Below are positions 37,395-48,496 of a DNA stretch of 64,000 nucleotides, piece by piece. The notes under the pieces are model-generated. The model made no database searches and was not told the origin of the DNA. It worked only from the letters and a program-made list of their open reading frames with translations. The DNA is taken from NCBI RefSeq assembly GCF_964213995.1, contig NC_135806.1, forward strand, positions 74,276,001 through 74,340,000, given 5' to 3'. The DNA comes from Mustelus asterias (taxonomy: Eukaryota). Both the position numbers and the translations under genes were made by a program. Numbering within the stretch: position 1 is the stretch's first letter; each line of letters begins with the position of its first letter.

Positions 37395-38810
37395 ACTGGG
37401 AATTTACCACTTGGGTGACTGCATGCGAACTTGAGGTTACCCAAGTGTGTCACTGGTCACCACAGACATCCTCTGTCGTGAATCTGTTGTGATTATTTTG
37501 AAGAACTGAATATTCTTCATAGAACTTTGTTTCTAAACTGTTGATTAATTAAACTGCTTTGATAGCCAAGAATCCACTTCTATATGTGTGTCAGATCAAA
37601 AGAACTGTCTGTGGACATTACAGCAGTTCTTATATTTTCTGTGGACTCCCATTCACTTTAACATTTGTCACTATTTTCCTTCACCAATGCGGACAAATAT
37701 CCAAACAGCACCTTATTCCAGTCTTACACCCTTTTTGTCCCATTAAATTAAACCACTGCTGCCATTACTTCTGCACCCATGATCATGCTGAATGTTGCAC
37801 AAGAATATACTGTAATTTTGTCAGTGCTGTGATTGCACTTAAAATAAATTATAGGTCATGCATATGAGTTCAGTTCTATTAACAAAAATCCTGTCCGTTA
37901 TCAATGCAGGTACAAAACCTGACGTTAGCTGGTTTCTTTTTCTGGGGCAGACAAAGCCAATCTCAGAATAGTTCTGTTGAACTAGATAACTAATATAAGC
38001 ATGTCTGACAAAAAAAATGACAATTTGGCAGTTGCTCAATATTAGCACTGTAGATTGGATGGTCACGTGGGTGCTGGGATGCTGCGGGTACAAAAGGGGT
38101 CACATGTCAGGAGCGTGGGAGTTCTCCCCGGGGTGTAGACATACACGCAACATGTAAGAGCTGCTCAGAGTTAACACTAAATATTTTTGTTCCCTGGTCC
38201 CTGGTCACCCATTATTGCAACCCAGCACTTTCTACAAGCATATTTATTATCAAGTTTTTAAAATGTAAATTTTAGCCCTATATGCATAGTAATAACCTTC
38301 TGCAAGCACGGTACAAATATTCAGTATGGTTCCATCTAAACCCCTTCAATTCCTCTCTCCAGAAAACATAATAATGGGCGTGTGAGTACAGGATATTCTT
38401 GTGCAACATTCAGCATGACCATGGGTGCAGAAGTAATGGCAGCAGTGATTTTATCTAATGGGATAAAAAGAGTGTAAGACTGGAATAAGGTGCTGTTTGG
38501 ATACTTGTCTGCATGGTGAAGGAAAATAGTGACAAATGTTAAAGTGAGTGGGAGTCCACAGAAAATATGAGAACTGCTGCAATGTCCACAGACAGTTCTT
38601 TTGATGTGACACACATATAGAACTGAATTCTTGGCAATCAAGGCAGTTTAATTAATTAACAGTTTAGAAACAGAGTTGTATGAAGAATATTCAGTTCTTC
38701 AAAATACATAATCACAACAGATTCACGACAGAGGGTGTCTGTGGTGACCAGTGACACAACTTGGGTAACCTTAAGTTCGCATGCAGTCACCCAAGTCGTG
38801 AATTCCCAGT
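37395..38810. repeat. Long inverted repeat: ~420-bp arms with a 572-bp spacer; unclassified fold-back element or inverted duplication
   Basis: 37395-37814 is the reverse complement of 38387-38810 (manual count ~24 substitutions and 3 indels). The mirrored ORFs 37559+ and 38641- in the ORF track reflect this. Confidence 0.93.
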
Positions 38811-40159
38811 CCTATCTTGATTGGGCTTGATAAACCTTATCCCTATTCCTCTTTGTCCCCAGTCTCTAAAACCAGCTCAGCCAATCCTAAGATTCCAGAC
38901 ATATTTTATGACAATGATCAATGGTTATCTCTTCTGCCTTGGAGATAGTACCTTCTTTCAAAATGGAAGACATTTTGAAACAGGTTATCCTCTGCTGTAT
39001 TCCCCTGGCTCTGACTCTTTTGTATATACTCTTCGCATTTTATTGACAACCATGCTTCTAGCCACATAGGCCAGGGTTCGGCAATCCTTACATAAATCCT
39101 TTGCCCCCATCCTCTTTGCCACCTCTAAGACCCTTGCAAATTCGAACTTTCTGATGATCCCTTCCCTCTAATGATAGCTTCTTTGACTTGGAGACCATTT
39201 TCTGCAAGCAGCCTTCTATATTAAAGTTGTATTATCATTTCACAATACCAACACCTACCATCCAAACAACATTCATTTTGATTAATAGATTAACTACTAG
39301 AGACAAAGCCCTGAGATTGACTGAGATGGGTTGTGTGTGTGGGGTTGGGGTGGGGAGGAAGTTTTGGTCAAGAGGCGTGCACCCTTTTTTCCAGTGGTTC
39401 CCTACCCAGAAGCCAGCTTGGTTGATAGGGCTGACACCCTGTCAGGCGGGAATGCTCCAGAGGGGTTCAGCGGCCCAGAAGATGTGGAAAGCCTGCAGCC
39501 AAGTTAGTGGTAAGATAACGGGGATGGATGGGTGAGGGTTTGGTCACAGATCCTAGGGATGTCCTATCTAATAGGAAAGGGGGTCTGATTGTGGTGGGGC
39601 ATGAGGTAGGGTGGTCCAATGATAGGCAGGAAGCCGGTAAGGAACTGGGCCAGGAAGAAGCACTCCTGCTTCTCCTGTCTCCATTATGACTGCAAGTTGG
39701 ACAGGTTGGGATTTCATTCAAGATTTTAATTTTTTTTAAATTTCACCTTTGTGATAAAGGGGGGGTGGGATTGGATTGGATTTTGCTAACAGCTCGCTGT
39801 TCCCAACAGTGTAACTGTGCATCTCTTCTTCTCTCTTGCTTTTCTCTATTTCCCATGCGATCAAAATTAAAATGTAAAGTGCCAGCATTGTGCAAGGCAG
39901 GCATATACAATTCTGTGGTGGGGGTTGCTTTTCAGCAATGAAAGGGTTAAATATTAGAGACATGCTGCAAGAATTTCTGTGAAGCAGCTGTGAATGCACA
40001 TAAAGTAGAATAATGGACAAAGACGGTAACTTTGGTAGCCATAAGGGAGTCTCAAGCCACTGCTCCAGATAACAGTTACAGACCGTCAAAGACTTTGAAT
40101 ACATGCTTCATTAACAATCGGATAGTATATGATGTAGATATGCCTTATTAGTACTCAGA

Positions 40160-40488
40160 TGTTGTAATTAGGCAAGTGTACAATGCTGCAACTGGTTAAC
40201 TGAACTCATGTCTGTTGAATGTCATAAGTGGGAATATTGATTGTAATAGGTTATAGTTAATAGTAAATTTCAATGTTAGCTTTTGATTGATGTGTGTGAA
40301 TCACTAGTAACTAACTATGCCTGAGGTATAAATGCCACTGCAAAGCTTTGTTCGGAGAACCTGCAAGCCACATGGCTGGAAGCTGGTCCTCTTGCTAAAT
40401 CTCGAATAAAGATCTTGAACTTGAACTCTGAGTGTGTTACGACCTGTGAGGTACACTATAGTCGAATAGCTGTGAAACTCCCGCAACA
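40160..40488 (+). mobile_element. Possible solo LTR
   Basis: TGTTG...CAACA termini, TATAAAT at ~40327 and AATAAA at ~40405. No clean TSD, so the 5' end is uncertain. Confidence 0.3.
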
Positions 40489-40954
40489 CCCACTGTCAGC
40501 TGGCTATGCAGCAGATATAGGTGGGCTATAAAAGAGACTCATGATCAAACAGGGAGGCTCTGCACCATGACCAAACGTTCCCTGCCAACTCCATTCCATT
40601 AACATAAGGCTGAGAGCGCAAAGGTGGCACGGATGCTTTTTAAACTTAAGTTTCACCCATAAACATTTTACATTAGATTGGTTTCGTTTTATTCATATGT
40701 GCATCTTCGTTATTTGTTGAGACTAGTTTAGTCAGACAGCTGGCACACCTCATGGTCGCTACATATCGATGATTGCAGGGGAATCAGGAACATTTTTGTC
40801 ATTGTGGAAGAAACAACGTTGTGGGGTTTTTTCACTCTTTATTGAATGTTCATGTTAGTGTTTAGTGTTGTACTCGGCATTCTGTAGGACCTGGCTCAGG
40901 TTCAGGCTCAGCTTTTTTTATTCATTCAAGGGATGTTGGCTTTGCTGGTTAGCC

Positions 40955-41180
40955 ATGATGTGGAGATGCCGGCGTTGGACTGGGGTGGGCGCAGTAAGAA
41001 GTCTCACAACACCAGGTTAAAGTCCAACAGGTTTATTTGGTAGCACAAGCCACAAGCTTTCAGAGCACTGCCTCTTCATCAGGTGAGTCACCTGATAAAG
41101 GGGCAGTGCTCCGAAAGCTTGTGGCTTGTGCTACCAAATAAACCTGTTGGACTTTAACCTGGTGTTGTGAGACTTCTTAT
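40955..41180 (-). mobile_element. Penelope-like (PLE) inverted pseudo-LTR mini-element with hammerhead ribozyme motifs
   Basis: 92-bp arms (40995-41086 and 41088-41179, 3 mismatches), 40-nt unpaired tail at 40955-40994, and 14-bp TSD TT(T/C)GCTGGTTAGCC at 40941-40954 and 41181-41194. Carries CTGATGA...GAAA cores. Confidence 0.8.
41050..41086 (-). ncRNA. Minimal type I hammerhead ribozyme motif (PLE type)
   Basis: Minus strand reads UCAC-CUGAUGA-AGAGGCAGUGCUCU-GAAA-GCUU-GUGG: intact core, helix II hairpin, palindromic helix III (AGCU), and helix I UCAC/GUGG. The mirror copy on + (41088-41124) has CUGAUAA. Confidence 0.6.
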
Positions 41181-41609
41181 TTCGCTGGTTAGCCCAGCAT
41201 TTATTGCCTTTGAGAAGGTGGTGATTTGCTGCCTTCTTGAACCACTGTAGTCCCTGTGGTGTATGTATACCCACAGTGCCGTAGGAGAGGATTTCAACTC
41301 AGCAACAGTGAAGGTACGTTGACGTATTTCCAATTCAGAATGGTGAGTGGATTGGAGGGGAATTTCCCAGTGGTGATGTTCCCATGAATCTGCTGCCTTT
41401 GTCCTCATGGTCCTGGTCATGGGTTATGGAAAGTACTTTCCAAGGAGTTTTGGTGAGTTGCTGCAGTGCATCTTGTAGGTGATACACACTGCTGCTACTG
41501 TGCATTGGTGGTGCAGGGAGTGTATGTTTGTGGAAGGGGTGCCAAACAAGTAGGCTGCTTTGTCCTGGATTCAAACTTCTTGAATGTTGTTTGAGCAGCT
41601 GTCAACTAG

Positions 41610-41810
41610 TTAGGTGGCTTAGTGGTGGAATTTGAATTCAATTTTTTAAAAATCTGGATCGAAAAATCCAATAATGACCATGAAACTATTGTTAGAAAAC
41701 CCATCTGGTTCACTAATGCCCTCTGCTATCCTTTCCTACTCTGGCCTCCAGATTCAATGTGGTTGACTCTTAAATACCGTTTGAAATGGCCTAGCAACTC
41801 ATTCAGTTAT
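41610..41810 (+). mobile_element. SINE fragment of another shark-type family
   Basis: ggtggaatttgaattcaa..gaccatgaaac..aacccatctggttcactaatg..aatgtggttgactctta, recognised from memory only. Confidence 0.45.
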
Positions 41811-42504
41811 ATTAAACTACAAATAAAGTCTCAGTTGGCCCTCTCTTTTGTGTATTGTAAAGGATACTGTCCAAAATCACCCTTCTAATAATTGAAATAT
41901 TGATGAACTCTAAGCCCTGTAAGGATTTTGCCAGCCATCATTCTGAGATGGACACACAATCCTGACATTGTTCTTTAGGCCCTTCTTTTTCTTACCTTGA
42001 TTGATTGTTTACCACCTCCACCCCCTCAACATCCAGGACATCAGTCCCTTCCCACTTCACTCCTTCATATCCTTGGCCCTCACCTTCTGCCTTCCCTTGG
42101 ACCCCTTCTCCACTTCTTCATGGCCTCGACTCCACTCCACACAACTGCCCCCACCACCACTGACTCACACTTGCTGCTCTCGGCCCCAATGCAAGCTGCC
42201 ATTCTCCTGACACCATCCCTTGTGATAGAGTTAGACCAGAAAAACCATTGGCCTTACACACAACTACACAAAGCTGATTGGTGCACGCCTTTAAACAAAT
42301 GTGAACCAGGAGCCACGAGCTTCTCACGTGCCAATGACTTTATCTTGAAGGTAGGATGTCATTTTAAAACGTTCTATGTTAATGAGTATTTGTGGTATGC
42401 AAATACATTGTGAGTAGGAACCCGCCACAGGCTGGCATGAGCCTCGGCACATCACAAACATGCTGCTGACTTTATTTCTGTATCTGCATCACATGGGCAT
42501 GTGT

Positions 42505-44137
42505 GGGTTCACTAAAGAAAGCCAGCATGGATTTCCTAAAGGAAAATCATGTTTAATTAACTTGCTGGAGCTTTTTGAAGAGGTAACAGAGAGAGTTGAT
42601 GAGGTAACACAGTTGATATGGTGTACATGGACTTCGAAAAGACATGATGACACAATGGTTACCATTGCTGCCTTACAGCACCAGGGACCCAGGTTCAATT
42701 TCGGCCTTGGGTTGCTGTCTGTGTGCAGTTTGCACGTTCTCCCTGTGTTTGCATGATTCCTCCGGGTGCTCTGGTTTCCTCCCACAGTCCAAAGATGTGC
42801 AGGTTAGGTGGATCAACCATGCTAATTTACCCCTTTGTGTCCAAAATGTGTAGGTTAGATGGATTAGCCATGGCAAATGTGCAGGGTCACAGGGGTAGCG
42901 GGGAGATGGGCCTGGGTAATATGCTGTTTTGGAGACTTGGTGAAGACTTGAAGGGCTGAATGGCCTCCTTCTGTACTGCAGGGATTCTATGATTTGATAC
43001 AGCGCCACAAAACAAACATTTGAGCAAAATTATAGCTCATGGAATAAACAAGTCAGTAGCAATATGGATGTGAAATTGGCTGAGTGACAGGAAACAGCGA
43101 GTCGTGGTTAATAGATGTTTTTTGGCTGGAGGAAGGTATCTGACTGGAGTTCCCCAGTGATCAGTGTTGGGACCTTTGCTTTTATTTATTATTAGTGACT
43201 TAGACCTTGGCATACAGGGCACAATTTCAAAATGTGCTGATTATATCTAAGTTGGAAGCATTGGGAACTGTGAGGAGGATAATATAGAACTTCAAAAGGA
43301 TGTAGACAAGTTGGTGGAATTTTTGGATTGGTGACAGATAAAGTTCAATGCAAAAAAATGTGAAGTAATTTATTTTGATAGAAAGAACATGAACAGACAA
43401 TGTAAAATAAAGGGTACAACTCTAAACTGGGTGCAGGAGCCGAGGGACCTGTGTATATATTTGCACAAGTCATTAAATGTGACAGTACAGGTTGAGAGTG
43501 TGGTTAATAAAGCATATAGTATCCTGGGCCTTATTAATAGGAGCTTAGAGTACAAGAGCAAGGAAGTTATGTTGAATTTGTTTAAGCCATTTGTTTGGCC
43601 TGAGCTGGAATATTGCATCCAGTTCTGGGCACCGCACTTTAGCTATTTGCAGAGAGTGTAGAAAAGATTTACGAGAATGGTTACGGGATGAGGAACTTCA
43701 GTTATGAAGATAGAGTGGAGAGCCTTGTTCTCTTCTCCTTGGAGAAGGACGAGAGGAGATTTGACAGAGGTATTCAAAATCATGAAGAGTCTGAACAAAA
43801 CAGATAGGCAAAAACTCTTCCCACTCATGAAAGGATCAAGATCCAGAGAGCAAAGATTAAAGTAATTTGCAAAGTAAGCAAGAGCGATACAAGTAAAAGC
43901 TTTTTCACACAGTGAGTGGTTACGGTCTGGAATGCACTGCCTGAGATTGTCTTGGAAGCAGGTTCAATCGAAACATTCAAAAGGCAAATAGATTGATATT
44001 TGGAATGCAGGAATGTGCAACCTTATGAGGAGCAGGCGCGAGAATGGCACTAAGTGAATTGCTCCTTCAGAGTGCCGGTGCAGACACAATGGGCCAAATG
44101 GCCTCCTTCTGCATTGTAACAATTCTGTGATTCTGTG
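42505..44137 (+). mobile_element. CR1 LINE RT/3' region with a nested HE1 SINE
   Basis: SQHGFPKGKSCLINLLELFEEVT and LEYCIQFWAP motifs, with an attctgtgattctgtg tail. Confidence 0.88.
42649..42993 (+). mobile_element. HE1-type SINE nested in CR1
   Basis: Full length. Confidence 0.88.
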
Positions 44138-44267
44138 TGATCTTAACCAGCCATCGGGATATTGAGATTTTGTATGATTATGTCACTCCACGTATCATGT
44201 TTCCTGCTCTTGCACGCCCCATAAAATTTCACCGAAAACTTCTGATCTACTTATTTCATTAAGTTCA

Positions 44268-45692
44268 GCTGGCGGGGGTAGTTGCAGATATCTTCAACTT
44301 CTCTTTACAACAACCTGAGGTCTCTATCTGCTTCAAGAAGATGACCATCATCCCAGTACCAAAGAAAAGCCAAGCAGCATGCCCTAATGAATATCATCCT
44401 GTGGCTCTGACATCCATCATCATGAAGTGCTTCGAAAGGTTATTCATGGCACGAATCAATTCCAGCCTCCTGGATTGCCTGGATCCACTACAGTTCACCT
44501 ATCGCTGCAACAGGTCCATAGCAGACGCCATCTCCCTGGCCCTGCACTCAATCCTGGAACACCTCGATAACAAAGGCACCTATGTCAGATTCCTATTTAT
44601 TGACTACAGCCTTCAACACTATTATTCCTATGAAACTCATCTCCAAACTCCATGGCCTGGGCCTCAGCTCCTCCTCTGCGACTGGATCCTAAACTTCCTA
44701 ACTCACAGACCACAATCAGTAAGGATAGGCAACAGCACCTCCTCCACGATCATCTTCTACATCGGTGCCCCACAAGGCTGTGTTCTCAGCCCCCTACTAT
44801 ACTCCTTATACACCTATGACCGTGTGGCTAAATTCCTCTCCAACTCGATTTTCAAGTTTGCTGATGACACCACCATAGTGGGTCAGATCTCAAACAATGA
44901 TGAGACAGAGTACAGGAATGAGATAGAGAATCTGGTGAACTGGTGCAGAATCTCTCCCTCAATGTCAACAAAATGAAGGAAATTGTCATCGACTTCAGAA
45001 AGCATAGTGGAGCATATGCCCCTGTCTACATCAATGGGGACGCAGTAGAAATGTTCGAAAGCTTCAAGTTTTTAGGTGTCCAGGTCACCAATAACCTGAC
45101 CTGGTCCCCTCATGCCGACACTATAATTAAGAAAGCCCACCAATGCCTCTACTTTCTCAGAAGACTAAGGAAATTCAGCATGTCAGCTATGACTCTCACC
45201 AATTTTTACAGATATACCATAGAAAGCATTCACCGCTTGGTATGGCTCCTGTTCTACCAAGACTGCAAGAAACTACAAAAGGTTGTGAATGTAGCCCAAT
45301 CCATCACGCAAATCAGCCTCCCATCCATTGACTCTGTGTACATTTCCCATGGTCTCGACAAAGCAGTCAGCATAAATTAAGGACCCCACACAGCCCGGAC
45401 ATACTCTCTTCCACCTTCTTCCGTCGGAAACAAGATACAAAAGTCTGAGGTCACGTACCAACTGACTCAAGAACAGCTTCTTCCCTACTGCCATCAGACT
45501 TTTGAATGGACCTACCTTGCATTTAGTTGATCTTTCTCTACATCCTAGTTCTAGCTATGACTGTAACACTACATTCTGCACTCTCTCATTTCCTTCTCTA
45601 TGAATGGTATGCTTTGTCTGTATTGCACGCAAGAAACAATACTTTTCACTGTATGTTAATACATGTGACAATAATAAATCGAATTAAATCAA
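44268..45692 (+). mobile_element. Rex1/Babar-clade LINE, RT and 3' end (frameshifted)
   Basis: IIPVPKK, PVALTSIIMKCFERL, LDPLQF, GAPQGCVLSPLLYSLYT and FADDTTIVG motifs. 3' end tacatgtgacaataataaatc(aaat)n. Confidence 0.9.
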
Positions 45693-46029
45693 AGTTGAAT
45701 TTGGAAATTCTCTTCTAAGCTTTTTGTATTCTAATAATTAAATTATCTCTCACTACCGGCTTTGAAGTGACATTTGTTTCTTGTTAAAGTTGTCTGAGAG
45801 ATCCAAAAGCAGCTTGTCATCATAAAAGTAATATTTTCCCATGCCTACAAAATGTAAGAAGTCATAAAATTATTTGTTGAGCCAAATAAATTGCTGACGT
45901 ATCTGAGGGGAAATTCCATTCTAACTGGAATTCCCCATTCTTTATGTTACTCCATTGTTTCCAGACATCAAAAGCTAAATGGGAGTTTTTTAATAGAACT
46001 ATACTGTATACTGTACATTATACTGTACA

Positions 46030-46760
46030 TGGCAGAACTCCCAGGAACATTAACATTCAGAGAGATCTGGGTGTGCAGGTCCACAGTTCCCTAAAAGTGA
46101 CAACACAAGTGGCCAAGAAGGTATATGGCATGTTTGCCTTCATTGGCCGGGGCATTGAGTACAAGAGTTAGGAAATCATGACGCAGCTATATAAAACCTT
46201 GGTTAGGCCACATTTTGAGTATTGCATGCAGTTGGGGTGGCACGGTGGCACAGTGGTTAGCACTGCTGCCTCACAGCGCCAGGAACCCGGGTTTCATTCC
46301 CGGCTTGGGTCACTGTCTGTGTGGAGTTTGCACATTCTCCCCTGTCTGCGTGGGTTTCCTCTGGGTGCTCCGGTTTCCTCCCACACTCCAAAGATGTGCG
46401 GGTTAGGTTGATTGGCACTGGTAAATTGACCATAGTGTCAGGGGGATTAGCAGGGTAAATGTGTGGGGTTACGGGAATAGAGCCTGGGTGGGATTGTGGT
46501 CGGTACAGACTTGATGGGCTGAATGGCCTCCTTCTATACTGTGGGGATTCTATGAAAGTTCTGGTCACCACACTACCAGAAGGATGTGGAAGCTTTGGAG
46601 AGAGTGCAAAAAAGCTTCACCAGGATGTTGCCTGGTCTCGAGAGTGTTGGCTATGAGGAGAGGTTGAATAAACTAGGATTGTTTTCACTGGAAAGACGGA
46701 GGCTGAGCAGAGACCTGATAGAGGTCTACAAAATTATGAGAGGCATTGATAGGGTGAATT
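46030..46760 (+). mobile_element. CR1 fragment with a nested HE1 SINE
   Basis: RDLGVQVHSSLK...LVRPHFEYCMQ, then the SINE, then FWSPHYQKD. Confidence 0.85.
46234..46553 (+). mobile_element. HE1-type SINE nested in CR1
   Basis: Full length, flanked by a short agtt duplication. Confidence 0.9.
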
Positions 46761-47075
46761 AATTTGCTTAAAAATCATAGAACTAAGATAATTCCAGAAT
46801 AATTCATTTCTCTGTCCTTCATCAAGTCTATACTCGACCCAGAATATGTTTCCCTATATTTAAAAAGTAAAATTGCACTAATCCATCCCCTGTGACACTC
46901 GAAAACTGTGTTGGCCAATATTGTCACTCTCTTACCTGTCTCCGTCTGTCTCTGACATTTTCAAGTTGCAGTTATTCTTTTTCTCTTGTTTTGTTTACAG
47001 TTCTGTCTCTCTTTCTGTTCTGTTTCTCTCCCTTTTGCTCTTTTTTTCTTCCCCCTCTGTCTTCTTCTGCCTTGA

Positions 47076-47435
47076 ATCATAAAACCCCTACATTGCAGAA
47101 GGAGCCCATTCGGCTCATCTAGTCTGCATTAACCCTCCAAAAGAGCATCTCACCCAGGTCCGCCCCTTCGCCATATCCCCATAACCCCATACATTTACTT
47201 CACTAATCCCCCTAACCTACATATCTTGGGACACTAAGGGGCTATTTAGCATGGCCAATCCACCTAACCGGCACATCTTTCGACTGTGGGAAGAAATTGG
47301 AGCACCCGGAGGAAACCCACACTGACACAGGAAGAGTGTGCAAACTCCACCAAGACAGTCACCCAAGGCCGAATTGAACCAAGGTACTTTGCGCTGTGAG
47401 GCAGCAGTACTAACCACCGTGTCACTGTGCTGCCC
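47076..47435 (-). mobile_element. HE1-type SINE
   Basis: Full-length reverse copy. A further 3' fragment on + lies at 48308-48459. Confidence 0.9.
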
Positions 47436-48496
47436 ACCTCTCATTTATTCCAGCTGAGGGATGGTGCATGGCATGACACGATTGTATAATAGAGAAAGGA
47501 ACATCACAGCTACTGACTGCATTTGTAATGGCTGGGACACTTTCCATCCCTGTCCCTATTCAAATGCTCACACCTCACTGCATCTCATATACTTGCATCT
47601 TGCTATATTCTCCTTCCCTTTCTACCACCCATTAAACTCCATCACATCCCATTCCCATTGTCACTCATTTCACCATTAACCTTCAATCCACTCCCTCCCT
47701 CTCCCATTTATTCCCTTAAGATCTCCACACCCTCAAACTGTTTCCCTCCTTCTCTCTCTCCCTTCATTCTTGCCTTCTTGTTGTGTTTCCCTCAAACAGA
47801 CTTTGGTATGTTCTCAAAATTCAGTTTAGTCGGCTCTTAACAACTCTTCAGAATTGAATAAGCAGAATGAAAATAGCACTGTCTGTCTGCCTTTTTCTCT
47901 ATCTCCATGTCTATTAGTAATTATAGGTTCTTACTGTCAGCAAGGCAAAGATGCATAACAAAATAGCTTAAAAATTTAACATTTTTGAACATTAAACTCT
48001 TTCTATTCTTCTCTATTTCTTTTCCTTTTCTGTAACTCTCCTTCCTCTTTCTCACCCTTTCACCATCCCTTTGGCCCAGAACTTCTTTATTTATGTGCCT
48101 TTCCCTCCTTATGTTTACCCAGTTTAAATACATTTATGAAATAGATAACAAAACATAGGCATTCCATCAGAACACTATTTTTTCTCACTTACTAACACAC
48201 ACGTACCCACATGCACAATGTTTTATAATGGCTGTATATAGTAGCATCGCAAATCACTGTTAAAGTGGAGATGACTGCATGATTCGCTGTCAACCAAAAT
48301 CTTAAAATGTGCAGGTTAGGTGGATTAGCCTTGGTAAATGCACGGGATTACAGGGATAGAGCAGAGAGGAGGGCCTGAGTGGGATGCTCTTTCGGAGAGT
48401 CAGTGCAGACTCGATGGGCGGAATGGCCTCTTTCTGCACCGTCAGGATTCTATGATTCTAACCGTGCTTGGAATCTGCATTGTTGCAAGTGACTGT

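Larger units (their letters stand above)
40913..41600 (-). mobile_element. CR1/L2-group LINE 3' end hosting the PLE mini-element
   Basis: Reverse complement of 9068-9500, interrupted at gctggttagcc. Confidence 0.7.

Noticed and set aside
37280-38390. Cys- and N-glycosylation-sequon-rich minus-strand translation (ORF 37839-38093 and onward), suggestive of a viral envelope relic
   Set aside because: Stops occur about every 20 codons in the best frame, no better than random, and I recognise no family motif. It is left only as a search to run.
37559-38641. Two similar ORFs (MIAKNPLL.. and MIAKNSVL..) that look like a duplicated gene pair
   Set aside because: A by-product of the inverted repeat. 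They use non-ATG starts and their frames diverge at indels.
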